A stretch of DNA of 64,000 bases from Octopus sinensis (taxonomy: Eukaryota), in NCBI RefSeq assembly GCF_006345805.1, contig NC_043017.1, positions 17,794,001-17,858,000 on the forward strand, written 5' to 3'. The position numbers were made by a program, and so were the translations under genes. The notes below the pieces were generated by a model, which did not search any database, was not told where the DNA came from, and saw nothing but the letters and a program-made list of their open reading frames with translations. Of the stretch, positions 24,385-37,115 are shown one piece after another; position 1 is the first letter of the stretch, and each line of letters begins with the position of its first letter.

Positions 24385-24592
24385 ATGTGATCGCGTGTTT
24401 ACCGTTGGTGATTTTTTTTCCCCTCTGTCTTCCCTTCTCTGGATCTTTCCTACTCCTATGTTTCCGACGAAGAGCTCCGCTCGAAACATTAAACCCTCCT
24501 TCTTTCCTTTCCTGAGCGTCCAATAATACTATATTTGTTCCACATCCTCGCGTTGCTGTGTTTTTTTGTGCTTTCATGTTTGGATTAACTAT
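24385..24592 (+). mobile_element. Short (about 200 bp) Penelope-related non-autonomous element ending at (TA)n
   Basis: Homologous copy (inverted) at 36775-36942 and a related subfamily at 49505-49688; all abut TA tracts and carry GA-AGAGC-n-GCTC-GAAAC(G/A)T. Confidence 0.6.
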
Positions 24593-24753
24593 ATATATAT
24601 ATATTTGAGTAGTTGAATGAATTATCTTATTATGGATAATTCGGTTAACCAATACCTGGGTAGCAAATTTACGTCAGAAAAACACAGTTGAAGCTACATG
24701 CCTAGGGCAGAGATCATGTGCTTTCGTGTGGAAATTTGTGTTTTTTTAAATAC

Positions 24754-24908
24754 AAATAAATGAAAGAATGGAGTTGAACGACGAATTAACAAAATTCCTT
24801 TATTCTCAACATATGTTTCGAAGGCTGCATATTCCTAATTTCGAAACATATGTCGAGAATAAAGGAATTTTGTTAATTCGTCGTTCAACTCCATTCTTTC
24901 ATTTATTT
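24754..24908. repeat. Near-perfect inverted repeat, 69-bp arms, 17-nt loop
   Basis: 24754-24822 is the reverse complement of 24840-24908 with one mismatch. Confidence 0.95.
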
Positions 24909-26454
24909 ATATATTTCTATATACATACACACACATATGTGTATCTCCATGTATCCCCCCTATAACAAGACACTATTCTTGTCCTATCATACTCTCACTA
25001 CCTGGCAGAAAGCTACCTCACCTTTCCTAATACTCCCCTCGCACCACTTAATCATGGGGTTTTTCTCTTTCCTGTTCTTCCCTGTCTTGTAGCTTACTTG
25101 GCAACCTCATTAGTGCTGATGGCATGAAACAAGCACCATGAATATGCTGAAAGGTGGTTGGCATTATGAAAGACATCTGAAACCATGTCAAACTTAATGC
25201 TGGGGTTCAGTGCAGCCCTGCAGCGTTTTGAATCTTGTCACACTGTCCAACCCATGCTAGCATGGAGAATCAACATTGGACAATGATGATAACGATATGT
25301 ATGTAATGTACATACACATATATTTTGTGTGTCTGTGTGTGTATAGATGATGATGATGATGATATAGAGGTTATGTTTTAATCACTGCAATTGTTTCAAC
25401 ACACCATAGTACTCCAAGAATACAGGTATTTGATTATGCAACTGTTAGTTTGCATAATGAGACCTAGCTGTGTTTCTTCTGACAATATACATGTGTTGTC
25501 GGTCATTAGTTTAAAATCGTCAACTTCAAGGCTATTCCCTCTGTCTGTTGTGGTTTGAATTTGAAGTAGCTGATAGACTCATGGTGTGTGCTGCCAGAGT
25601 GCATCAGGCAGACTGCTATGAATGGTAGTAGATGGATATTTTGGTACTGGCTGGCATTTGAATGGGATTGATATTTCATTTGGTTGTATCGCTGATCTGT
25701 TCTTCATGGTTGGCTACACATGTGAATTTGTTTAGTTAACCTTTAGTATTCAGTGGTCAGATACACACACAAGCCTATGTATGTATATCTATATAGACAC
25801 ATGCATACACTTACATATATTCACGTACATATGCGTATATACATATATATAGATATGCATACATACATGCATACACCAATCAACTTATACAAGAGGGTGT
25901 GTGTATAGTACCCTCTCGCATATGTGGGTGTATATACATACATACACAGATAATTAAGTAAACTGACCCACTTTGACTTGCACATACATATAGCGAAGCA
26001 CGTGTGTATATACACACATGTATATATCTCTACCTACCTCCAACATTGTGTGCAGATTCTCACACAATCACTCCCATATATGTAAATTATAAATATATAT
26101 ATATCAATATATATATACATTCATACATAGACACGTGTGTGGCATTTTTTATATATTCAAGTTGTAAATTGTGAATTAAGATGTATATCAAAGTAAAGAA
26201 AATTTCATGAGCTTTAACATGGTATATAACTTTATAGTGTAACATCAACACGTGTGTGTGTGTATGTGTTAAGTGAAATTTGGCAATTGAGGATCAAATC
26301 CACTCCATGCCTGCATGAAGCCACTACAAATACATTGTGGAATAAATAATTTATTTACTGTCATGGAAAAAGTGTAACTGTAAAAATGCAGAATTATTGG
26401 AATAATGGGCATCCAAAAAAGTATGTATGTATAAAAATGTATGAATGAAGTCTT

Positions 26455-26860
26455 TTCTTAAGTATGTCACGAGGTTTCCAGACATGAGTTCTACTCACAT
26501 GTCAAATAAAGTGATATTTTCTGCAAAAATTAGAAATTAGACATCAGTATTCAAAGCAATCGAACATAAACAACGAAATGGATTACTTCCGTTAAGTGTT
26601 TTAAAAAAATATTTTGCAGATGCTATGGGTTATTTCCCTTGGGCGTTTAAAAACAGAATTAGTTATATGAAGTACATATAAAGGTCCCTTCCAGGGGCCG
26701 TATTATTGATTTTTTTCAATAATCTAAGTATGTCATGAGGTTTCCAGACATGAGTTCTACTCATGTGTCAAGTTTCATCAAAATCAATAAAACGATGTTA
26801 GAGGAGTTAGGTAACAACACCACAAATAAACACACACCAATTTTCCACATATGTAGTAGA
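26455..26860 (-). mobile_element. Non-autonomous Helitron 5' portion with internal direct repeat
   Basis: Minus strand begins TCTACTACATATG; a 45-bp direct repeat TAAGTATGTCA(C/T)GAGGTTTCCAGACATGAGTTCTACTCA occurs at about 26460 and 26726; TGTCAAGTTTCATCAAAATC motif. Confidence 0.5.
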
Positions 26861-27175
26861 TTATTTGGAAACAGGTGAGGGTTGGCAATATCTGCCTCAA
26901 ATACTTCCCAGTAAACTCTGTCTGACTCATGCAAGAAGGATATGAGGATATTATAACAGTGATGATGATTTGCATAATTTTTGAGACTGAAACACTGTAT
27001 TATCAATATCATTTCTGTGTCTGCTTTTTCATGCTGGCACAAGTTGGACAGGACTTTTGAGGCAATATTTTTATTGCTAGACCTCAGTTTTGTTGCCAAC
27101 CCTTTTAGTTGCCTCTTTACAATTTACAGGATACAATGTACCTCTTAAAAAACTGGCATATATTATATATATATA

Positions 27176-27206
<31 letters not shown>

Positions 27207-27504
27207 GTCACCTTGATCACCTTGACCGACCAGTCCATCAGGCGTCCATTTGACACCGCTGGTCACAGCACGCTGTCCACTCCTCTCTGGATCGCGCCTT
27301 TCTCATCCACGTGATCCCAATCGTTCTCCTGAAATCGTAACTCCACTGTTATGGAGGCCTTCCGGGTGGTTGTTTCCGCTCGTGCAGGTACCACTCGGCA
27401 ACTGTGCAGGTCCACCGATTATCGGTGAGCCGGGCGACATGTCCAGCCCATCTAAACTTGTTGCGTGTATACTCTGCGATGACATCCCTCATGCCGGACT
27501 TCTT
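27207..27504 (-). mobile_element. RTE-clade LINE 3' end (5'-truncated)
   Basis: Translation KSGMRDVIAEYTRNKFRWAGHVARLTDNRWTCTVAEWYLHERKQPPGRPP*; RWAGHVAR..DNRW..GRP is the RTE RT C-terminal signature; tail (CAAGGTGA)2. Confidence 0.85.
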
Positions 27505-27534
27505 ATACACACACACACACATATGTATATATCG

Positions 27535-27860
27535 GTGCAGGCATGGCTGTGTGGCAAGAAGTTTGCTTCCCAACCACATGGTTTTGGCTTCAATCCCTCC
27601 CACTGCGTGGTATCTTCTACTATAGCTTCAGGTCAACCAAAACCTTGTGAGTGGATTTGGTCAACAGAAAATGAAAGAAGCCCATAGTGTGTGTGTGCTT
27701 TTGTCCCTGTAACTCAGTGGTTTGACAAAAGAGACTGATAGTCTAAGTACAAGTACTTTAAAAATGAATACTGGGATTGATACATTCAACTAAAATTTTT
27801 CAAGGCAATGGTCCTAGAAGGGCTACAGTCTAATGACTGAAACAAGTAAAAGATAAAAGA
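27535..27860 (+). mobile_element. Degenerate family B SINE
   Basis: GGTGCAGGCATGGCTGTGTGG head, CCTTGTGAGTGGATTTGG, TGACTGAAACAAGTAAAAGA tail. Confidence 0.7.
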
Positions 27861-28269
27861 TGTGTGTGTGTGTGTGTATGTATCATCACATCTTAGTTTT
27901 ATGTCTGTCTGTTCATGCTGGCATATATAAATTAATTTCCATTCACTAATTGGCTTGTGCTATGGCCTAATGTGTTTAATTAATCTTGCTGTTTTAATCA
28001 CTGTGAAGGAAATGGAAAAAAAGAGAGCGTTTCAGTGTTAAGTTAGTGTGTCTGACTAATATCTGAAATAGGGGATTCTATGTAAAACATCAAATTGATT
28101 GACTTGTTTACAATATTAAAACATTTTCAGGTTTCTTTTTATGTTTTTAAATAACTGAGAATTATATAAATAGAAAGAACTTTTATTTCAGCTTCAGTCT
28201 TGTAAAACGGGGCATCAGACAGAGGATTAGTGGGATTAAAGCTTCTTAGTTACTGTACTTAATCCAATG

Positions 28270-28475
28270 CTCATTCTACCCACACCACTACCACCACCAC
28301 CACCACCATTGTTATCATCATTAATGTGATTACCACCACCACCATCACTGTCATCACCATTAATATCATCATCATCATCATTATCATATCTATAATAACC
28401 ACCATCATCATTTTCAGCATTAATCTCCTCATCACCACTACCATTACAATCATCACCACCCACTACCACCACCAT
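28270..28475. repeat. Degenerate (CAC/CAT)n trinucleotide tract
   Basis: Direct inspection. Confidence 0.9.
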
Positions 28476-29031
28476 CACTCTGGTATGGAAGTACATCCTT
28501 TATATATCTTCCCCCACACCTTCACCTTTATTATTTCACCAGCCAATCACTTTATTATTGGCACAGTTAGTAGAGAGCATGGCTTTCTATGTTTCAAGGT
28601 TTCAAATTCAGGCAGGGTTTATATTTCATTTCAAAACATTTGACAAAATGCCTCGTGGTATTTAGTTACATTTTTGTTTTTACTGTCTTGGTTCAAATCT
28701 TACCAGCATCAACTTTACTCTTTCAGCTTTTCTGGGTTGATGCAATAAAGTATCAGACATATAAGGGGTGAATATAATCAACCATCCACTTCCTCTGTTA
28801 CTGAACATCTTCACTAAGTCCATCATAACCAAGTGGGCCAACATATATAAGTGACTGTTTGTAGACCCAAGATTACATCTGAGAAATTTTGTGTCCTAAG
28901 ATTTAACCTGTTTTTAATACATAACCTTCATTCCCTCCATTTTTTAAATTTGTATTCCTACATATTTTGTAACCCTTTTATTTGTAGAGACTGTTGTTGC
29001 CAATAAAGGATTAATATTATAAGTTAAGTTA

Positions 29032-29572
29032 ATTTTTTGGCTCAAAAAGCAAAAAGCAAGGCTATGTAGGGGGACATGGAGTTATGTACAGGGGTGTTCA
29101 TGCAAAGAGTTCAGGCCATCTCTGGTCAAGAGAGACTTTGAACCGAGCGGTCGTCGGCATCTTCACTATCTCGTCCGGCAGCTTATTCCACGGATCCGCA
29201 ACCCAGACGGAGAAAGCCCCTCTCCTTCGATTGAGATGAAATCGTTGCAGATAGAGCTTTTCGGAGTGACCTTGCAGCCTACGCTCTGGAGCAGGAGTGA
29301 AGAACAGCTCTTTCGAGAGGTTACACTTTCCGCTTATGATGTTGTGAGCAAGAATGAGGTCACCACGGCGGCGGCGTTTTTCTAGAGAATAAAGGTCGAG
29401 CGTCTTCAGCCCTTCTTCATAAGACAAATGCTTGAGACCAAGAACCATGCGGGTAGCCAGCTTCTGGATTCTTTCAAGCTGATGTATGTCTTTGAGGAGA
29501 TAAGGAGAAGAGGCTTGAATCCTGTACTCCAATATGTATCTCACCAGCGTGACATAGAGCGGTAGGATATGG
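29032..29572 (-). mobile_element. CR1-clade LINE 3' end (RT C-terminus plus 3' UTR)
   Basis: ILPLYVTLVRYILEY..LERIQKLATRM..LSYEE.LK.LDLYSLEKRRRRGDLI..RGAFSV.VADPWNKLP, the classic CR1 post-RT motifs; tail (TTAAC)n. Confidence 0.9.
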
Positions 29573-29584
29573 TTGTAATTAAGG

Positions 29585-30665
29585 CAGTGTGCTGACAGAA
29601 CCATTAGCATGTCAAAATGCTTAACAGCCTTTCATCTGTCTTTACATTCTAAGGTTAATATGCCACTGAGGTTGGCTAGGTCTTTCATCCTTTCAGGGTC
29701 AAGAAAACAAATACCAGTTAAACACAGTGGTCAGTGTAATTGACTTACTCCCCTCTCCTGAAATTGCTGGCCTTGTGCCAAAATTTGAAACCAGTTACAC
29801 AGCAATCTAGCAGAATCGTTAGTATGCAAGGCAAAACGCTTAGTAAGCATTTCGTCTGTTGTTATGTTCTGAGTTCAAATTCTGTTGAGGTTGACTTTGC
29901 CTTTCATCCTTTCAGTATCAGTAAAATGTGTTCTTGTCAAGGACCGGGGTCAATGTAATCAACTAGCCCCTTTCCCTCGGAATTGCTGGCCTTGTGCCAA
30001 AATTTGAAATCATTATTAGGGGTGGTGGATTGACAGAGTTATTCAAGCATCAGGAGAAATGCTTAATGGCATTTCTTCTGGGCGGCGAGCTGGCAGAAAC
30101 GTTAGCACGCCGGGCGAAATGCTTAGCAGTATTTCGTCTGCCGCTACGTTCTGAGTTCAAATTCTGCCGAGGTCGACTTTGCCTTTCATCCTTTCGGGGT
30201 CGATTAAATAAGTACCAGTTACGCACTGAGGTCGATATAATCAACTTAACCTGTTTGTCTGTCCTTGTTTGTCCTCTCTGTCTTTAGCCCCTTGTGGTAG
30301 TAAAGAAATAGGCATTTCTTCTGGCCATTTATGTTCCAAGTTCAAAACCTGCCAAGGTCATCTTCATCTTTATTATTTTGGAATTGATAAAATAATGTAC
30401 TTGCTAAGTATTGGTGTTGATGGTACCAACTGAATGACCTTGTGCCTGAATCAGAAATAGTTGTTGCTGTTCTAGGGCAGTGGATTGACAAAATGGTTTC
30501 AGCATTAGGAAAATGTCTTGTATTTTTTGTGGTTCTTCATGTTTTGAGTTCAAGTTCTGCTGGGGTCAACTTTGCTTCTGATCCTTTCAGTGTCAATGAA
30601 ATACCAGTAAAGTACTGAGGTCAATGTAGTCAACTAATATTGCTGGCCTTGTGCCTAATTTAGGA
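29585..30665 (+). mobile_element. Cluster of family A SINEs (one young copy 30082-30310 with TSD GGCATTTCTTCTGG, four decayed)
   Basis: Repeated CTTTGCCTTTCATCCTTTC motif; TSD at 30068-30081 and 30311-30324. Confidence 0.8.
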
Positions 30666-31014
30666 AGGAAAAAAAAAACAACAACATAGAATGTGCATTG
30701 GATTAAGCCCCTTAAATAAAGCAAACATTTTGTGATGTCAAACTTAACTGCTTGAAATTATAGTTTCTTTTTTTGCCTCCTCCTCCTCCTCAGTAACTGT
30801 TGCAGTTCGCTGAGAGATGGAAATAGTCAGAACAAGTTTTATTAAGAGGTCTATTGAATCAGGACTGACCTAGGGCTAAACAAGAGCAACACCATCCAAG
30901 TCAACACATTTCAATGGCTGGAAATCTTCCATCTTCTCTCTCATTGCTGCAGTATCTTCATTCTAGTCTGTGTCTGTGTCTTTTATAATGGACTGGAGGT
31001 TAGAGGCCAACATT

Positions 31015-31047
31015 ACTACAACTACTACCACCACCACCACCACCACC

Positions 31048-31079
<32 letters not shown>

Positions 31080-31160
31080 CACTACTACCACTACCACCAC
31101 CACCACCACCACTACTACCACTACCACCACCACTACTACTACTATTACTACTACTACATT
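31015..31160. repeat. (ACC/ACT)n microsatellite
   Basis: Direct inspection; poly-T/poly-V ORF artefacts. Confidence 0.95.
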
Positions 31161-33399
31161 ATCTTTCTCACACACACATATATGTATCGCCATGACCATC
31201 AGTTTCAATAATCATATCAATATAATATCTGAAATTTAGAGGAAAGGGGATGAATCAATTATATTGATCCCACTGGTACTTTATTTTATTGACCCTGGAA
31301 AGATGAAAGGAAAGTTGATTTCAACAGGATTTGAACATAAGGAGTTGTCACTAAAAACCACAAAGTATTTTGTCTCCTGCTTTAATGATTCTGCCAACAC
31401 TCGTATCATAATTATCACCTGTAGTTTGATGACAGAGCATCAAAATCCTTTGTCTATTTCCAGTCTGACCAACTACTCCATTCCTCCACTCTTCAGGGGT
31501 CCTCTATCATTAAAGGATTTCATTGTTTTTACAGGCTGTACCTTATATGTACCTAGTAAGGGATCATTCTGTGTCTTAACTAAAACAGTGGGAAATGTCA
31601 GAACAAATTCCCTAAATCCATCACTGCAATTCTGACTACCCCCAACCCTACAAAAATGATGTTTCCTACATTGGTACACGGGATGAGGAGTAGAAGAAGG
31701 AAGAGTTAAGTGAATCAACATTTATTACTGATATTTATATTTTGAATTGACTCTGAAAGGAGCAAATGATATCCTCAGCAGGATTAGAACCCAGATTGTC
31801 AGAGGTACTGTAAGCCATGCACTGTTAACTATTTTATATCTCTGCTCCTCCTGGTTTGTTTCTGTCAGGAATAAAACATTGTGTTCAGTGCGTTTTTCAC
31901 TTAATTCTTTCCCAGATTCAATTAGTGCTGCTAAACGAGGTACAACAGTATTAGTTAATAATTAATTCTATTTATTCAACTCCACAAGCTGCAGACAAGA
32001 GACCAAGAATGGCGTCTGAAGTGTGATAAGTTTCTGTTGTTAGTTTACTGTAACACCTATAAATTATGCAGCTAAGGTGAATAATTGCCAAAATCCTTGT
32101 TAAATATGAATATATAACATCACACAAAACACACACACACACACACACACACTCACTCACTCACTCACTCACTCACTCACACACACACACACACAAAGTC
32201 ATGTGCTTACATTGATGTATTTACGAAACCATAAAGTCAGGAGGTATGAGAGGTGAATATATATTTATTTAACCATGTGACTTCCATAGGGTTATGGTCG
32301 TTTTATAATATTCTTCATGTAGTATTAGTTTCAGATGGATGAAATTATGTGGTGTACATGTTTGCATCAATATTATTGCTCAGCATTATAAAATGCAATT
32401 ATATATTCACAAATTAATGCAAATAAAACTAGCAACCTCATTAGAGTATTGGAACATCATGGTTACACCAACAAACAATTCTACTCTAAACATGCACACA
32501 AAATTTCCTCTTTATATATACAATATATGGAAGGCCAAAACTGGACAAAATTTGATTGATTTCCTCAGTAAGAAGAGGAAGTAAACAAACTAAAAAATAA
32601 ATGGTATAAAAAAACACATGCACATGCCCACACACAAAGCAGATATACACATATGCAACAGACATGCACATCCATGCATTTGTAGAGCAGGTTTACACAC
32701 ATACACATCTTCACCAGCAAGTTGGAGAGCTGCACCTGGCTTCAGTTGTCTGTTTTGGCATGGTTTCTACAGCTGGATGCTCTCCTTAATACCAACCACT
32801 TTCCAGAGTGTATTGGATTTATTACAGAAGCTGTAACAAAACCAGCTAGCACTAGAATCAAAATCAAATGTTCAATTTTCCCATAAACTAGCAAATGCTA
32901 TGGTTCATAGTTAAAAACAATAAGACCTCACAGGTTAACAGCCAGAACAATAGCTGTCCTTAGGGATGTATTTTATCGCTACTTGACATTTAACCTCACT
33001 TAAGCAGAATTCACCTGTAAAAACAAGCTAAACTCATCCTGACATTTCTATTCTCATAAATAGCAAAATATAGCTATTTGTATATCTGCTAAATTTCCTA
33101 TATATAGTCAAGCCTATTCCAAAGTAATATCATTACAGTAACAGGTTGCAAGTGGTTATGTTGTAAAAATATGTGTGCGTTCTACCAGAGAACATTGATA
33201 ACAACATTTGTGCAGAATTGCCTAATCCAGGACAAGACATGGGACTGTACACCATCATCAAGACACAGATGATTCATGGCCCCTGTGGCATTTTCAATCC
33301 TTGGTCACCCTGCATGGAGCACAAGAAATGCATCAAATGGTCTCCCAGGGAATTTATCCATGAGGCATGTATGGGACATGACGGTTACTCACTCTACAG

Positions 33400-33634
33400 T
33401 AAGGCAGTGAGCTGTCAAAAACGTTAGCATGTCGGGCGAAATGCTTAGCGGTGTTTCGTCTGTCGCTACATTCTGAGTTCAAATTCCGCCGAGGTCGACT
33501 TTGCCTTTCATCCTTTAGGGGTCGATTAAATAAGTACCAGTTACGCACTGGGGGTCGATATAATCGACTTAATCCATTTGTCTGTCCTTGTTCGTCCTCT
33601 CTGTGTTTAGCCCCTTGTGGGTAGTAAAGAAATA
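33400..33634 (+). mobile_element. Family A SINE inserted in the Helitron ORF
   Basis: 17-bp TSD GGTTACTCACTCTACAG at 33383-33399 and 33635-33651. Confidence 0.92.
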
Positions 33635-33991
33635 GGTTACTCACTCTACAGGCGCTGAAAACCAGAAGATGGTAGAAACACTACCAAGCTCAAAGTTAAT
33701 GGTCAAGAGATGGAAATTGACAACAGGTGGATCCTACCTTGCAATCCATTGCTGCCTAAAACATTGCAGGTCCATGTTAATGTTGAGTTATATAACTTTA
33801 TAAAAAGTATTAAATATGTATGTAAATACATCAATAAGGGCTCAGATATGGCTATTTTTGGACTTGAACAGGAGGGCAGGTAAGCAGATGAAATTCAGCA
33901 ATATAAATTGGGCAGGTATATTTCCTCTAATGAGGCAATGTGGCGCATCCTGGGCTTTGAAATCCACGAGTTGCATCCAACAGTGGTGAAT

Positions 33992-34397
33992 CTGGATGCC
34001 CTTCCTAACACCAACCACTCCGTGAGTGTAGTGGGTGATTTTTACATGCCACCAGCACACGTGCCAGGGGAGGCTGGCAGCGGCCACGATCGGTTGGTGC
34101 TTTTTGCATGCCACCAGCACAGAAGCCAGTCGAGGCAGTGCTGGCATTGGCCACGTTCGGATGGGGCACGTAAACAAGCACTACCTGAATGTGCCTTGAC
34201 TGGCTTCTATGCCGGTGGCACATAAAAAGCACCTACTACACTCATGGAGTGGTTGGCGTTAGGAAGGGCATCCAGCTGTAGAAACACTGCCAGATGAGAC
34301 TGGAGCCTGGTGCAGTCTCCTGGCTTCCCAGACCCCGGTCGAACTGTCCAATCCATACTAGCACGGAAAACGGACGTTAAACAATGATGATGATGAT
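33992..34397 (+). mobile_element. Family C element with inverted-duplicated 5' part, inserted in the Helitron ORF
   Basis: 33992 to about 34150 is antisense to about 34195-34275; the 3' end has an intact (GAT)n tail. Confidence 0.85.
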
Positions 34398-35559
34398 GTA
34401 TATTTCACAGAAGACAATGCTCAAAATGTAGTTCTGAATCCACCAGAAACCACTTTGACAGCTTTCTTCAAATTATGCCAATGTGATCTGTTAGCCCAAA
34501 CACTGTTGTATGTTGAGGTTCCTGTGTACTGTACCTGGGCACACTATAGATGGAATAGATGCAAGCAAGGAGCATGCATTGATGGCTGGGAAGAAGATGC
34601 TGTCTTCAGAAGTGGGTGTACAGTGTGCACCCTAATCAGCAGTAGTGCTTCTTTCAGTGTCTATTGTTGCAGACTGTCAGAAGTCCTACATCATTCATAG
34701 ACCTTTGAAGACACAATGGGGAAGTCTGAATGGCCTACAAGGAAGCCTGCGCCAAACATGGACTACTGGAGGATGATGCTCACTGGGACCAGACACTGGA
34801 GAAAGCAGCAGTCAGCACAGCACTAAGTCAACTGTACCAGCTATTTTCTATTATGTTGATGACATGTGGCTTGGGTGAACCTCTCGAGCTTTGGGCGACC
34901 CACAAAACAGGCATTGGCAGAGGACGAGGACATCCTACAAAGGATTCAAAGGCAAACCTCAATGGAAATTCCCACATTCAGTAAATCCATTTACAATGAG
35001 GTATTACTTGACCTGGACACAAATGACCTTAATAATGAAGTAGGGAAAGTTTCCAAAAAAAAAAAAAAAAGACGAAGACAGGTGGTGTACAAAACAAACA
35101 GATGTAGTAGTATAGCGCTCAGGAATAGAAAAAGTCTTTTACGTTTTGAGCCTATGCTCTTCTACAGAAAGGTACACAGAAAAAACAAGGAGAGAAAAAA
35201 ATATGTGTAGTGGCTAACGATCTATCATAGCGTCTGACTAATCATTGATTCTTACCCCTTGTCAGTGGACAATAAACCTCTTCTTGAAGTGTATCTTAGA
35301 CAAATGGAACTCCTTCTTCTTCTGATGTTGTTAGTTGAGACAATTAGGTCAATAGAGGGCATTTGCCTCTTCCACCTTCATAACAAGCCAACTAACCCCT
35401 ATATTTTTCGGAAATCTCCTCCCACTGAACTGATAAATGTACATTGTTTTGGTAAGCTCATTTTTGGACTAAACTAGTAGCAGAATCATTAAATGTATAT
35501 GTTGTTGAGGTTTTAAAATTATTTAAAAGAATTATTTTAAATGTCCTTGATTGTAAGAT

Positions 35560-35655
35560 TCATGTATTCATCTGATACTAAAGTATGAGATATTGCAAAG
35601 TGATAGAAAAGACAGGAGTCATGGTGGAGTTGCAGTGTACATCCGTTAAGATCTC
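35560..35655 (+). mobile_element. Possible LINE APE endonuclease fragment
   Basis: YEILQSDRKDRSHGGVAVYIR* resembles the DR...GGGVAVY motif of CR1/L2 APE domains. Confidence 0.4.
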
Positions 35656-36560
35656 ACACCCCAGTCCCTTTTGTCATACTCAAACTCAATGTTTTTTTAT
35701 AATGTACTCATCAATTTAAATATTCATTAGAAATGGCCATAATGGATTGACACCTGTCCTTCAATTGTTACTTATATATTTTTTAATTCACCTATCTCAG
35801 AACATGCCCCTCGCGTGTTCTAAAGTATATTATGGACTATATATTTAATAATAAGTACATGTCTGAATAGTTCAAGAGCGGATTATATACTCAGTTGGGT
35901 AAACTTAACTTGCATACATTACCCGGATATCACTCTGCCAGTACTTCTGTACCAAGTTTGGTATTGATCTAAAAATTGTTGCGTGCATTTTCTTGTGACC
36001 TAACTAGGTGCTTCAGTTTCAAGTGCCTTACTCAGCAGAATCTCGTTTGTTTGTTTGTTTGTATGTATGTATGTATGTATGTGTGTATGTGTGTGTGTAT
36101 GTGTGTGTGTGTGTATGTATGTGTGTGTGTATGTATGTATTTGTGTGTGTGTGTGTGTGTGTGGATGGATGGATGCATGCATATATGTGTGTATGCAAAT
36201 GTATTTTGATAGTTTGACCTTAAAATTACAATAAATACTAACCTAAAAATAGTGAATTTTTTCAACAGTAATTTCAAATTTAAACTTGGATCAACAATAC
36301 TCACCTGATAAAGGAAACAAGAAACCCATTGACATCAACAAACCCTCACACAATCAAACATAGAGTAGATAATATAAGTATGCATATTTGTAGCTTATCT
36401 TCAGGTGAAGACATATTTGACTGAGTTGCCCCTCATTATGATAATGATATGCAGTGATAACAATAAAATTAAATGCAGAGAACTTATCTCTTCAGTCTCA
36501 ACAAACTAAGAAACAAGAAAGTAACATGGTTCAGTGAACCATGTAGCTTAAAAGGTGCTA

Positions 36561-36693
36561 CCCAGGACTTATTCTTTGGAAGCTTAGTACTTATTCTATC
36601 GGTCTCTTTTGCCGAACCGCTAAGTTACGGGGACGTAAACATACCACCATTGGTTGTCAAGCGATGTTGGGGGGTACAAACACAGACACACAA

Positions 36694-36774
<81 letters not shown>

Positions 36775-37105
36775 GTTAATCCAAACAAGAAAGCACAAAA
36801 AAACACAACAACGCGAGGACGTGGAACAAATATAGTATTATTGGACCCTCAGGAAAGAAGGAGGTTTTAACGTTTCGAGCAGAGCTCTTCGTCGGAAACA
36901 TAGAAGGGAAGACAGAGGGAAAAAAAATCGCCAACGGTACATATATATACCTATATACGATGGGCTTCTTTCAGTTTCCATCTACCATATCCACTCACAA
37001 GGCTTTGGTCGGCCTGAGGCTATAGTAGAAGACACATGCCCAATGTGCCATGCAGTGGGAATGAACCCGGAACCATGTTACTTACCACACAGCCACTCCT
37101 GCGCC
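36561..37105 (-). mobile_element. Family B SINE with nested Penelope-related insert (36775-36942)
   Basis: Both SINE halves are collinear with 21098-21505; the insert lies in the central (CA)/(TA) tract. Confidence 0.85.
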
Positions 37106-37115
37106 TAGTTTAAAA

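Larger units (their letters stand above)
33171..35015 (+). pseudogene. Helitron RepHel (HUH Rep domain and linker) remnant, interrupted by two SINEs
   Basis: IDNNICAELPNP..MIHGPCG..SPCM..KCIK..GYSLY[SINE]R*KPEDG..IDNRWILPCNPLL..HVNVE..IKYVCKYINKGSD..GRYISSNEAMWRILGFEIH..HPTVV[SINE]VYFTEDNA..TTLTAFFKLCQ; the YxxKYxxK catalytic motif is at about 33815-33838. Stops and frameshifts are present. Confidence 0.93.
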
